Shown here one piece after another: positions 17,919 to 26,864 of a stretch of 64,000 nucleotides of DNA. The DNA comes from Acidimicrobiaceae bacterium. Lineage in GTDB: Bacteria > Actinomycetota > Acidimicrobiia > Acidimicrobiales > RAAP-2. Positions within the stretch are counted from its first letter, which is position 1. Every line of letters begins with the position of its first letter. The position numbers were made by a program, and so were the translations under genes. The stretch covers positions 48,977 to 112,976 of the forward strand of contig PKXJ01000011.1 of assembly GCA_003132305.1 (NCBI GenBank). Reading direction: 5' to 3'. A model generated the notes under the pieces. It was not told the origin of the DNA, did not search any database, and saw nothing but the letters and a program-made list of their open reading frames with translations.

Positions 17919-17921
17919 GTC

Positions 17922-18320
17922 ATGCGACGGGCACTTTTGGCTGCGCTCTTTGTAGCGAGCAGCGTGGGAATTCTCTCACTTCCTGCTGGCGCGGACAGTC
18001 CAACCCCCTCAAACATCGTCCTTTCTTTTGACTTCAGTGACAATTCGGCGCCCGCGTCGGCCAGTAACGGTTCGTTCAATGTCATCGCGAACGTGTTGCC
18101 GGAACACACCGGTGGCGTTGTTCGCATGGTCGCAATTGCTCCTGATAACTCCGGCGATTCGAATCTCGTTTGCCCCTTCCAGCCCGTGCAAAAGAGTCAG
18201 GTGGAGTGCGCCTTTAACTTCACGAGCAACGGCGTGTGGTCGATTAAGGCCCAGTTCGCCCCCGACAACAAGTCTGACGTTTCGTCAATCTCCATCACGC
18301 GCCTTCGCGTTACGAACTAG
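17922..18320 (+). CDS. small secreted protein, unknown function
   Basis: 132 aa. Signal peptide MRRALLAALFVASSVGILSLPAGA, then a beta-rich, Ig-like-looking sequence with 2 Cys. Confidence 0.6.
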   Translation: MRRALLAALFVASSVGILSLPAGADSPTPSNIVLSFDFSDNSAPASASNGSFNVIANVLPEHTGGVVRMVAIAPDNSGDSNLVCPFQPVQKSQVECAFNFTSNGVWSIKAQFAPDNKSDVSSISITRLRVTN

Positions 18321-18343
18321 TCGTGACCCCGAGAGGGTCCCAC

Positions 18344-18496
18344 TTGTTTCGAGTCATCTGGGGCGACCCCTTTCGTGGTTTGACCCAGGAGATCGTGACC
18401 GCCTTTGACGTTGACGAGGCGCTCGTCGTGGCGCACGAACGTCGCCCGGAACTGCCCCGCCCGCGCACCGCGCTTTTAGTGGCAGAGAACGGCTGA
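18344..18496 (+). CDS. small ORF (50 aa from TTG; 57 aa from GTG at 18323), unknown function
   Basis: Below the track cut-off. Translation (L)FRVIWGDPFRGLTQEIVTAFDVDEALVVAHERRPELPRPRTALLVAENG* has a protein-like composition. GAGAGGG lies 7-13 nt upstream of the TTG, and the ORF ends 15 nt before the SDR gene. Confidence 0.35.
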   Translation: MFRVIWGDPFRGLTQEIVTAFDVDEALVVAHERRPELPRPRTALLVAENG

Positions 18497-18511
18497 CCTA
18501 CACTTCGGCCC

Positions 18512-19279
18512 ATGAGCTCACTCTTTGACGTTTCGGGAAAAGTTGTACTCGTTACCGGCGGGTCGAGAGGAATTGGCGAGATGATCGCTCGAGGCTTCGT
18601 CGACGCGGGCTCAACGGTGTACATCTCTTCGCGTAAGGCCGAGGTCGGCGACGCCCTGGCCAAGGAGCTCTCGAAAATCGGCTCGTGCACTTTCCTACCG
18701 GCCGATCTCTCGAGTGAAGCGGAGTGTCAGCGACTCGCCAACGAGATTGGCGCGCGCGAGACGCACCTCGAGGTTTTGGTGAACAACGCGGGCGCGACCT
18801 GGGGCGCACCCATGGCGACGTACGACGAGGCCGCCTTCGAGCGCGTGCTGGCCCTCAACGTCAAGGGCGTCTTTCACCTCACTAAGTTCTTGCGACCGCT
18901 CCTGGAAGTCCACGCCACCAGCGCGAATCCTTCCAGAGTCATCAACATCGGTTCGATCGATGGGCTGCACGTGCCCTCATTGGAGACCTACGCCTACTCC
19001 GCGTCGAAGGCCGCCGTTCATCAGTTAACGCGGCACTTGGCGAAGTTTCTCGCGCCCAAGATCACCGTGAACGCCATCGCGCCAGGTCCCTTTGAGACAA
19101 AGATGATGCACGCGACCCTCGAAGCATTCGGCGACGCTATTGCCCAGAGCGCACCAATGAAACGCATTGGCCAACCCTCGGATATGGCCGGCGCGGCGAT
19201 CTTTCTCGCGTCACCGGCCGCGAGCTATATCACGGGTGTCATCCTGCCGGTCGACGGCGGCATCGCCACGTTGGCCTAG
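18512..19279 (+). CDS. SDR-family oxidoreductase
   Basis: 255 aa. TGGSRGIG cofactor motif, NNAG, and catalytic YSASKAA. Confidence 0.9.
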   Translation: MSSLFDVSGKVVLVTGGSRGIGEMIARGFVDAGSTVYISSRKAEVGDALAKELSKIGSCTFLPADLSSEAECQRLANEIGARETHLEVLVNNAGATWGAPMATYDEAAFERVLALNVKGVFHLTKFLRPLLEVHATSANPSRVINIGSIDGLHVPSLETYAYSASKAAVHQLTRHLAKFLAPKITVNAIAPGPFETKMMHATLEAFGDAIAQSAPMKRIGQPSDMAGAAIFLASPAASYITGVILPVDGGIATLA

Positions 19280-20640
19280 CTCGCCGGTTGACGCCCGAGC
19301 GTGACCTGAATCGATAGGTGCTTGGTGCCACGAATCACGTGCAGTGTTATCCGACTGCCCGGTTTCAGTGCCGAGACGACCGCCGTGACGTCCTGAGCGC
19401 TCTGGACCGTCGACTTGTTGATTCCCACGATGATGTCGCCTTGTTTCACGCCGGCGGACGCGGCGCCGGTACCGGAAATGACACTCATGACCACGGCCCC
19501 GCTCGACACCGTGAAGCCGTACTGCTGTTGCAGCGACGGCGTCATTGACTCAATCTCGACACCAATGAACGCACCGTGGTTGACGACACTCTCGCCCGCC
19601 ATGAGGGACTTAAGGAGTGACTGAATCGTGGCCACGGGGATCGCGAAACCAATGTTCTGGGTGTTTTCGCCATCGGACAACGTGCCCGCGACCGCGGTGT
19701 TCATGCCGATCACGTCGCCACTCGAGTCCAGCAGTGGTCCACCGGAGTTGCCCGGATTGATCGCCGCGTCCGTTTGAATCATGTTGTTGAGGGTCTCTGA
19801 CGAGGTCGAAGTACCGGCGGTTACCGTTCTGCCGAGTGCCGAGACGATGCCTTGGGTCACCGTGGGCGTACCCGCGGCGAGGCCGAGAGCGTTTCCTATC
19901 GCGACCACGGCGTCACCCGCCTCGAGGGCGTTGGAGTTGCCAAAGGTGACGACCGGCAGATTCGACGCTCCGTTGATCTTTATGAGCGCAACGTCGTCGA
20001 CGGGGTTCGTGCCGATCAACGTCGCGGATTGGCCCTTGGTGGACCCGCTTCTCGTGATGCTGATCGTGCCACGACCGACGGCGGCGGCGATCACGTGATT
20101 ATTCGTCAGGACGAGGCCGCCCTTGGAGATGATCATTCCCGTGCCCTGGTCCTCGGTGCCATTGCCGGTGACGTCAATGCTGACGACCGAGGGCAGGACC
20201 TTCTGCACCAACTTTGGAATGCTCTCTCCGCTGGGCAGTACCGCGGGACCGGGACGGTTGCTCACCTCGTTAATCGTGACTCCCCCCGTGCTCGAGGACG
20301 CCGGGGATGCGAAGTGGCCCGCGAGTCCTCCCACCAGGGCCGCGACGAGGAGAAGGGAAAGTCGAGTAGACCACAGCGTGCGACTCTTGCGAACTTGTGA
20401 AACCTGAGGAGCTTCGTCGACGAAGGCCGTACTTCTCGAGGCGCTCTCGCCGCGGATTTCGTCTTTCGCGCTGGTCACGGGTTCAACCGGATCTTCGGAG
20501 CTCGTCCAACTACTCGTCGTGGCTTCAAAGGCGGGTCCCGGAGTGAACACGAGCGCTGTCGCGGGATCGTTCGTAAGGGGCACCTCGGGCGTTGAGTTGG
20601 AATCCTTCTTTTCGGGATCGTCCGGTGGAGAGTCACTCAC
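19276..20640 (-). CDS. HtrA/DegP-like S1C serine protease with PDZ domain
   Basis: 454 aa. Disordered N-terminus, one TM (LLLVAALVGGLAG), catalytic TNNHV / DVALIK / GNSGGPL triad motifs, and a C-terminal PDZ-like region. Confidence 0.85.
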   Translation of the reverse strand: MSDSPPDDPEKKDSNSTPEVPLTNDPATALVFTPGPAFEATTSSWTSSEDPVEPVTSAKDEIRGESASRSTAFVDEAPQVSQVRKSRTLWSTRLSLLLVAALVGGLAGHFASPASSSTGGVTINEVSNRPGPAVLPSGESIPKLVQKVLPSVVSIDVTGNGTEDQGTGMIISKGGLVLTNNHVIAAAVGRGTISITRSGSTKGQSATLIGTNPVDDVALIKINGASNLPVVTFGNSNALEAGDAVVAIGNALGLAAGTPTVTQGIVSALGRTVTAGTSTSSETLNNMIQTDAAINPGNSGGPLLDSSGDVIGMNTAVAGTLSDGENTQNIGFAIPVATIQSLLKSLMAGESVVNHGAFIGVEIESMTPSLQQQYGFTVSSGAVVMSVISGTGAASAGVKQGDIIVGINKSTVQSAQDVTAVVSALKPGSRITLHVIRGTKHLSIQVTLGRQPAS

Positions 20641-20726
20641 AGAGCCATGCTAGGCAGCGGAATTTAAAATTGGACTAAATCTCGTTGAAATGTTTGCGTT
20701 TTGGCTAGCGGCTAGATTAGGGCCCT

Positions 20727-22148
20727 ATGTCTCGACGGATTGAGATCGAAATTACTAGTCTCAGTGGCGACCTCGCGACGTGGCGAGCCGCGGGTGCCAA
20801 GTTACCCAAGGGCGTCCTTCAGGCGTCGCTCATCCCCGGTGGGCCAGTCATTGGCAACGTCTATCGCGCCGACATCGAGCAGTACATGGAAGGTATTGAA
20901 GTCCTCTCCGTCATGGCGCCCAAGACCGCCTCCCCTCTCGATCCCAGAAACGAACGCCTCGAACTCATTCCCGAGGCGAAAAAGGGCCCCGACGTCGTCG
21001 TCACGTACGCCCCTAAAGGTCGGGGCGCTCGGCGTGACGGCGAGCAGCGAGACACCGCTCGTCGCGACGGCGCTCGACATGAGGGCACGAAGCGTCCGAG
21101 TACTCGACGAGAGCCCAGAGAAGGCACCCGGGACTCGAGCGAGCGACCGGCCCGCGCGCCTCGTAGCGATCAACCTCGCAGCGAACACCCGCGAAGCGAA
21201 CGTCCAGCTCGCGGGCCCCGCAGCGAGCACTCCGAGAGCGCGACGCGCGCGGAGCGTCCAGCTCGGGGGCCCCGCAGCGAACACTCCGAGGGCGCGGCGC
21301 GCCCGGACCGGCCCGATCGCGGGCCGCGCAGTGATCGGCCTGGTCGACCCGGTCGGCCGGAGCGTTCTCACGGCCCCCAACCGGCGCCACTGACGACCAC
21401 GCACCGAAACGCTCTCCTCGCGACGTTGTCGCCAGAACAGCTACCCGTCGCCGAGCAACTTCTTCGCGGCGGCATACCCGCCGTTCGCGCGGCCGTCGAG
21501 TTGCAGAACAAGAACGCCTCCTCTCAGGGACGTCCCACGGTCGATCCCACGACGATTGACCGCATCGCCGAGGATCTACTCAAAACCACCAACCTCGCCC
21601 TGTGGAAGGACCGCGCCGGGGGCGCGATTGGCGCGGGTCGCGAACTTCGACTTCGAGATCTTCGCGCGGTCGTCACGTCAGCCAAGACCGTTTCACTCGA
21701 CGACGAGGCGCGAACGCAACTCAAGGAGCTTCAAGGCACGCTGACCGCTCGCGTGGAGCATCTTCGAACCCAGTGGAACGAGAAGCTCGAAGCCGCGATC
21801 ACGTCGAAGAACGTCAAAGAAGCCCTGGGCCTGGTCGCGCGTCCACCCGACGTCTCGACACGTGTTAGTGCCGACGCGGCCGGTCGGGTCGTGGCCCTCG
21901 TCTCTGAGACCTTGAGCGCCGAACTGGATCCCAAAGTATGGAACGAAATCGTCGAGTTAACGGCTGACACGTCAATTCGAAGAAACGTGAAGCCCCTCGG
22001 CATCCCGAGTGATGAGTCGAGTCGCTCCGTCGCGGTGCACAACGCGGGGGCGATTCCCGAGTTGGCCAAACTGCTCGGGATGAAAGTGCCACCTCCGCCA
22101 CCACCGACTCGAATCGTTCGTCGCGCGCCTACGCGCCGCGCATCGTAA
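20727..22148 (+). CDS. hypothetical protein with a central Arg/Pro/Glu/Ser-rich disordered repeat region
   Basis: 473 aa. Structured-looking N-terminal (about 95 aa) and C-terminal (about 250 aa) parts flank the low-complexity RSE/RPARGPRSEHSE repeats. I recognise no family. Confidence 0.7.
   Translation: MSRRIEIEITSLSGDLATWRAAGAKLPKGVLQASLIPGGPVIGNVYRADIEQYMEGIEVLSVMAPKTASPLDPRNERLELIPEAKKGPDVVVTYAPKGRGARRDGEQRDTARRDGARHEGTKRPSTRREPREGTRDSSERPARAPRSDQPRSEHPRSERPARGPRSEHSESATRAERPARGPRSEHSEGAARPDRPDRGPRSDRPGRPGRPERSHGPQPAPLTTTHRNALLATLSPEQLPVAEQLLRGGIPAVRAAVELQNKNASSQGRPTVDPTTIDRIAEDLLKTTNLALWKDRAGGAIGAGRELRLRDLRAVVTSAKTVSLDDEARTQLKELQGTLTARVEHLRTQWNEKLEAAITSKNVKEALGLVARPPDVSTRVSADAAGRVVALVSETLSAELDPKVWNEIVELTADTSIRRNVKPLGIPSDESSRSVAVHNAGAIPELAKLLGMKVPPPPPPTRIVRRAPTRRAS
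21198..21305 (+). repeat. 54-bp (18-codon) direct tandem repeat, 2 near-identical copies plus degenerate flanks
   Basis: gaacgtccagctcgcgggccccgcagcgagcactccgagagcgcgacgcgcgcg versus gagcgtccagctcgggggccccgcagcgaacactccgagggcgcggcgcgccc. Encodes ERPARGPRSEHSE(S/G)A.. Confidence 0.8.
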
Positions 22149-22539
22149 GTAGTCGCGCCTTCCAGCCCAACGATTCGTAAAGCGACTTCATCCCTCGATC
22201 ACCGGGTAGGGCGTAGGCGTCAACGGGCGGGGTCTCGCCCGCGAGAAGCGCGTGCACGAGGGTGGTCGCGACTTTGCGTCGACGAAATGAGTGCTCGACG
22301 TAGACCGCTTCGACGACACGCGCGCGACAGACGGCAAAACCCATGAGTTGACCCTCGTCGTCCGTGGTCCACAGTGACGACGACGCGACGATGTTCGCAA
22401 GAAGATCTGTTTCTTCAATCGCGCCACAGAGCGTCTTTAAGAGCGCGGCGCCGCCGCGCTTAGCGACGACGTCTTTGTGGGCCCGACCCCACAGGGCTTG
22501 AAGTTCGGGCGTGACAATCGTCACGAGCGAAACATTCAC
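22129..22539 (-). CDS. GNAT-family N-acetyltransferase
   Basis: 136 aa. Acetyl-CoA-binding-like segment VYVEHSFRRRKVATTLVHALL. The 3' end overlaps the convergent 20727 gene by 20 nt. Confidence 0.7.
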   Translation of the reverse strand: MNVSLVTIVTPELQALWGRAHKDVVAKRGGAALLKTLCGAIEETDLLANIVASSSLWTTDDEGQLMGFAVCRARVVEAVYVEHSFRRRKVATTLVHALLAGETPPVDAYALPGDRGMKSLYESLGWKARLLTMRGA

Positions 22540-22556
22540 GCTACGCCGCGAAGGTC

Positions 22557-23012
22557 TTAGACACAGTCACGACAGAGCCAACTCACCTTGTCCGCGAGTT
22601 GACTTGTCTTTTTCAGCAAGCGGCACGACTTACAACGAAATTCGTCGTCCTGTTTTGGCAGAATTGCTTCGGTGGTGTCGAGGGTTAGGTCGACTTCGAG
22701 CGGAGCTTCGTCATCGTCTTCGGGCACCGAGGTGCGTAAAATAGTTTCTGCGAGGACTTCATCCAGGGCCAACTCGACGTCCGCGTCGTCCACCACGTCG
22801 TCGTCATCTTCTACCACCGCCCCCGCGGTCGCGACGACTTCGTCGTCTTCTACGAGTGCGACAACCACAACGTCGTCAACGTCGTCGGCCTCTTCAGCTT
22901 CAATTGCCTCGACGACGTCCTCGAGCTCTTCTTCACTGACAATCTCTTCATCGAAACCGTCGGCGAGCTCTTCTTCGTCAAAGACTTCGTCGCTCTTAAC
23001 TTCACTTGCCAT
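22557..23012 (-). CDS. acidic protein with C-terminal zinc-ribbon (DUF4193-like)
   Basis: Extremely Asp/Glu-rich, ending CKSCRLLKKTSQLADKVSWLCRDCV (CxxC...CxxC). ATG at 23012 is preferred over the track start at 23069. Confidence 0.65.
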   Translation of the reverse strand: MASEVKSDEVFDEEELADGFDEEIVSEEELEDVVEAIEAEEADDVDDVVVVALVEDDEVVATAGAVVEDDDDVVDDADVELALDEVLAETILRTSVPEDDDEAPLEVDLTLDTTEAILPKQDDEFRCKSCRLLKKTSQLADKVSWLCRDCV

Positions 23013-23102
23013 AAATTCCTCTTCTGTAGCGCAGGCATTGTAAGGCCTTTTGGGCGCAATGTGTGCCATCTAGACCTAAAGAGTGCATAAATGTCCGAAT
23101 TT

Positions 23103-24710
23103 CTATCGATTCAGACGACTTCGCTCCGCTGCTCGCTCTGCTTCGAGGCGTTCCAGGTCGGTTTCGGAGAAGTCCACGTACTTCATCGCTTCAGCAATCC
23201 CCCCGTGACCTGCCTTTTCACGAATCAGCCGGACCATTTCGTGGGCAATTCGACGATAACTCGGGTGCCCCTGCGGACCCGAGCGCAACTCAATGAGATG
23301 CATGGCCTCACGGGCGTTCATCTGCATGACGTAACGAATCCGAAAGGCCAGCGCGACGCAGTACTGCGCCTGGTCAGGGAACTCTTCTCGTACCTCGTTG
23401 AAGAGATCTGCCGAGCGAAAGAGCGACTCTTGGTAGCGCTCGGCCAAACCGGCTTCGAGAACCACTTCGGGCACGTCAAAACCGAGGTCGGCGGTGAGCG
23501 GCTGCCACTCGATGGTGAGCAAACGGTGCCGCTGCAGGTCCCGGAAGGCTCCGTAGTCACTCATAATTTCAAATCGGTAGTCCGTGCGCTCAAAGGCCCG
23601 TCCCGGACGGTGACGGCGATTTCCTCGATGACCGACGTAGGTCGACAGGACGGCCGCTCGCTCCAACTTGCTCATCGCCTTCACGCGCCGGGCAGCGTCG
23701 TTGTGTGACGTCGTCGAATTGGCGAAGACAATGGCTTCGAGAACGCGCGCTTCGCCCTCGGGGTCGAAGGCGACGAGGCGTACGTACTCCCCCGGCGGTT
23801 CGTGGTGGACGTCGCGCTCGAGGTCGAGGAGCAGCGCGCTGGTAGCGCTGCGCGTGTCGCGCAGATAGTTCGTCCACGCGACGCCGCGCTCGGGAACGTC
23901 GAGGCGCCGTAGGAACGAGGGAATCACTTTCACGAGTTCGTCGAGCATCATTTGGGCGTAGTCGCGAACTTCCGGCAGGGCGTGCGCGCGCATGCGCAAC
24001 AACAACGCTTCGTAGGCCTGACCCGAGGCGTAAATGCCGAGGTTCGACAGGGCACTCGCGGGTAACAGCCCTCGAAGACCGTCGAGTGCCTTGGCTCGAA
24101 TGGCCTGTCGATAGACGAAGTCAGTGTCGGCCGCCGTCTTGGGATACTTGAGCGCGAGCCACTCCGTCAAGATCGGCAGCAGTTCTCGGTAGGTGTCGAA
24201 CATTCGATCCATCTCACCGATGTAGCGAGCCCCAAAGCGAGACTCGAGCAGATCATTGTCCCGATAGAAACGATAGAGACCGTTGCTCAGTCGCCGGTCG
24301 TAACCCAGGTACCGCGTCGACTGTTCGAGGTAGCTCATGAGCCGACCACGCTCGAGAATCTTGGTCAAGAGGTTGCTCGCCTGTTCGCAGGCCAGGTGGA
24401 CACCGCCCAGTTGCGCTACCGAGTCGTCGCCGTACTCGAAGAAGATCTTCTGGTAGAGATCGTCGGCCCGATGGAGTCCCACCGTCGCGTCAATTGACGC
24501 GTCACCCGCGAGTTCCAGGTCGCCCACGAACTCATCGAGAAAGAGTCGTCGTAGACTTTTCGACGACCTCGAGTAGCGCGCGAACAGGGCTCCCTTGACG
24601 ACCTCGGGTAGGTTGACCAGGGCGAAGACGGGTCCTTCGAGATTCGTGAAGTAACGGCGAAGTACCGCCGCCTCGGCATCGGTGAACTCTTCGGCAACGT
24701 AGGGGTGCAT
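23103..24710 (-). CDS. long ThyX-like (Thy1/FAD-dependent thymidylate synthase family) protein, apparently two fused ThyX-like halves
   Basis: 535 aa, roughly double a canonical ThyX. Contains FRDLQRHRLLT (an RHR motif, but the Ser of RHRxxS is replaced) and an N-terminal ARYSRSS segment. Confidence 0.7.
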   Translation of the reverse strand: MHPYVAEEFTDAEAAVLRRYFTNLEGPVFALVNLPEVVKGALFARYSRSSKSLRRLFLDEFVGDLELAGDASIDATVGLHRADDLYQKIFFEYGDDSVAQLGGVHLACEQASNLLTKILERGRLMSYLEQSTRYLGYDRRLSNGLYRFYRDNDLLESRFGARYIGEMDRMFDTYRELLPILTEWLALKYPKTAADTDFVYRQAIRAKALDGLRGLLPASALSNLGIYASGQAYEALLLRMRAHALPEVRDYAQMMLDELVKVIPSFLRRLDVPERGVAWTNYLRDTRSATSALLLDLERDVHHEPPGEYVRLVAFDPEGEARVLEAIVFANSTTSHNDAARRVKAMSKLERAAVLSTYVGHRGNRRHRPGRAFERTDYRFEIMSDYGAFRDLQRHRLLTIEWQPLTADLGFDVPEVVLEAGLAERYQESLFRSADLFNEVREEFPDQAQYCVALAFRIRYVMQMNAREAMHLIELRSGPQGHPSYRRIAHEMVRLIREKAGHGGIAEAMKYVDFSETDLERLEAERAAERSRLNR

Positions 24711-24734
24711 GAAGTTACGAGGTTAGAGGCGAAA

Positions 24735-26864
24735 CTAGGCGCGCGGGTGGACGCTGGAGGCGCCCGCGACAACGCTTCGCAAGACGGCGTCTCGGGCCTT
24801 GAGAGCGACGTCGGCGACGTTGGTGAGGTGGCGCATCCGGGCCAGTTGCTCACAGAGATCGGCCACCTGCTTGGCGTTTCGAACAAAGTCGCCGGGCGAC
24901 GTTTGGCCAATCTCGGCGTCCGCCAGATCCAGCACCGTGCCCAGAGTCACGCCCCGGGCCCAGGCGGCGATAATCGTCGCGAAGTGACCGTCGGGTTCCT
25001 TGAAGTGTGGGACCTGGTAGCGCTCTTCGACGTCACGCACCGTCGCGGCGATGAACGTTATCTCGCGAAGACGCTCGCTAATGCTTTCTCGTCGTTCCTG
25101 TCCGAGGCGATCGTGGTGAACGCGTTTCTTCTTGGTGGACACTTGCTGGGCGGCGTTGGCGCCACGACTAGAGCGTTTGGACTCGAAGACGAAGCAACTC
25201 AAGAGGCCGGCCAGTTCGGCGGGCTCTAAGTCCTCGAAGACGCCGGCGCTCAGAGACTCCGCGATCAAGAGATCACACTCGTGGTAGATCGAGCGAAGGA
25301 GTTGACCCTGAGGACTCAGGTGCCAGCCGTCGGCGTACCCGAGTTCCTCGAGGACGTGGTGACGCGCCACCATTTGATCGGTGAGGGGACGTTTGTGGCT
25401 CGAGGGTCGCCGGTCGTTCTCAAATTGGGCGAAAGAGCGTTGCACCACTTCGAGAGCGGTCTCGTAGTCAAAGTGGTTCACTAAGTTCGCGGTGAAGTTG
25501 TACGTCGGACGAAATGAGGAGTGCAGATCCGCGGGCGGCGCGAGCGCCACGCGCCCCACGTCGTGTAGAGAAAGGTCACTGGAGTAACAGACAATGGCGT
25601 GACCTTCGTCGTCGAGACCGCGGCGTCCGGCTCGACCGGTCATCTGGGCGTACTCGGCGCTCGTGAGAAACTGACGACCCGCGTCGGAGTACTTCGTGAA
25701 GCGCTCGAGCGCGACGGAACGCGCCGGCATGTTCACGCCGAGAGCCAACGTCTCCGTGGCGAAAACCACGGCGAGCAAGTTGCGTTCGAAACAGGTCTCG
25801 ACGATCTCACGGAAAGCGGGCACCATTCCGGCGTGGTGCATCGTGATGCCACGTCGAAGCGCGTCAATGAAGTCGGCGTATTCGAGCGCTTGGAGGTCCT
25901 CGGCCGAGAAGTCGACTAGCCGCGACTCGGCGATGCTTTCAATCACTCGTCGACCTTCGGGCTTCGTGAAGAGCAGTCCGTCACGACGCAACTGATGCAC
26001 CGCGTCGTCACAAGCTGCTCGCGAGAAGATGAAGACGATGACCGGCAAGAGATCTTCTCTCTCGAGCGCCTGCATCAACTCGGAACGACGAGGCGCACGA
26101 AAAGGGGGCGGTGGCGCGCTGGACTTGGGTCCCTTCCACTTGGCGCCCGGACGAAAGGGTCGAAAGGACTTCATCAGGTTGTCGACGCGGCGCGCCTCGT
26201 CGGAGAGTCGCTGGCCGTTCAAGAGGTCGTGTATCTCGGCGGTCGGCTGTCCGCGCTTCGTGAAGGCGACGTGGTTGTGCAGTTCGATGGGGCGCGTCTT
26301 TTCCACGACGATGGCTGTCGGTCCTCGAACCTGGCCAAACCACTCGCCCAGGAAGTCCGCGTTGCCAATCGTCGCCGACAGAGCCACGAATCGCACGGCG
26401 GGCGGCGTGAGAATGAGGACTTCCTCCCAGACACCACCTCGAAAGGGATCTTGAAGATAGTGCACTTCGTCGAGTACGACGAGGCCAAGCGAGGTCAGTT
26501 GATCGGACTCGGTAAGCAACATGTTGCGAAGAACCTCGGTCGTCATCACGACAATGGGCGCACTGCGATTGAGAGAAGTGTCGCCCGTGAGAAGTCCCAC
26601 CCGAGCCTCACCGTAGAGATCGCAGAGTTCGTGGTACTTCTGATTGGAGAGAGCCTTCAGCGGCGTCGTGTAGAAGGTCCGCTGTTCACGTTCGAGCTCT
26701 CGGCCGATGGCGTAGTTCGCCACGAGCGTCTTACCAGATCCTGTCGGGGCGCTGACCAGCACGTTGACGCGCTTGTCGACCGCTTCGATGGCGTCAAGTT
26801 GAAAACGGTCGAGGCCGAAACCCAGACCGTCAATGAACTGACGTCGATACTCGAGGACGCTCAC
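24735..26864 (-). CDS. helY: Ski2-like DEVH-box RNA helicase HelY
   Basis: Walker A APTGSGKT, DEVH box (VLDEVHYLQD), helicase C motifs. GTG start at 26864 overlaps the tatC stop (GTGA). The track start at 27005 would overlap tatC by 145 nt. Confidence 0.85.
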   Translation of the reverse strand: MSVLEYRRQFIDGLGFGLDRFQLDAIEAVDKRVNVLVSAPTGSGKTLVANYAIGRELEREQRTFYTTPLKALSNQKYHELCDLYGEARVGLLTGDTSLNRSAPIVVMTTEVLRNMLLTESDQLTSLGLVVLDEVHYLQDPFRGGVWEEVLILTPPAVRFVALSATIGNADFLGEWFGQVRGPTAIVVEKTRPIELHNHVAFTKRGQPTAEIHDLLNGQRLSDEARRVDNLMKSFRPFRPGAKWKGPKSSAPPPPFRAPRRSELMQALEREDLLPVIVFIFSRAACDDAVHQLRRDGLLFTKPEGRRVIESIAESRLVDFSAEDLQALEYADFIDALRRGITMHHAGMVPAFREIVETCFERNLLAVVFATETLALGVNMPARSVALERFTKYSDAGRQFLTSAEYAQMTGRAGRRGLDDEGHAIVCYSSDLSLHDVGRVALAPPADLHSSFRPTYNFTANLVNHFDYETALEVVQRSFAQFENDRRPSSHKRPLTDQMVARHHVLEELGYADGWHLSPQGQLLRSIYHECDLLIAESLSAGVFEDLEPAELAGLLSCFVFESKRSSRGANAAQQVSTKKKRVHHDRLGQERRESISERLREITFIAATVRDVEERYQVPHFKEPDGHFATIIAAWARGVTLGTVLDLADAEIGQTSPGDFVRNAKQVADLCEQLARMRHLTNVADVALKARDAVLRSVVAGASSVHPRA

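Noticed and set aside
17773-17921. Fluoride riboswitch upstream of crcB
   Set aside because: I read the coding strand for the conserved GGnGAUGG...AACGC...CUAAUGA..CCUAC pattern. No GAUGG or CCUAC is present. A GCCCU-GGUGUACA-AGGGC hairpin near 17790-17812 is only superficially similar.
16988-18127. 379-aa ORF spanning the crcB region
   Set aside because: Only its last 119 aa (CrcB) look like protein. The rest is R/S/C-rich, overlaps the second crcB gene out of frame, and overlaps the opposite-strand secreted-protein gene. It is a read-through artefact of a stop-poor, GC-rich frame.
21198-21305. CRISPR-like direct repeats
   Set aside because: Only two contiguous units with no spacers, in frame inside a CDS. 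This is a coding tandem duplication.
22129-23012. GNAT toxin / upstream antitoxin pair
   Set aside because: The upstream gene is a 150-aa hyper-acidic zinc-ribbon protein, not an RHH/DUF1778-type antitoxin. The GNAT is shorter than TacT/AtaT-type toxins. There is no supporting evidence.
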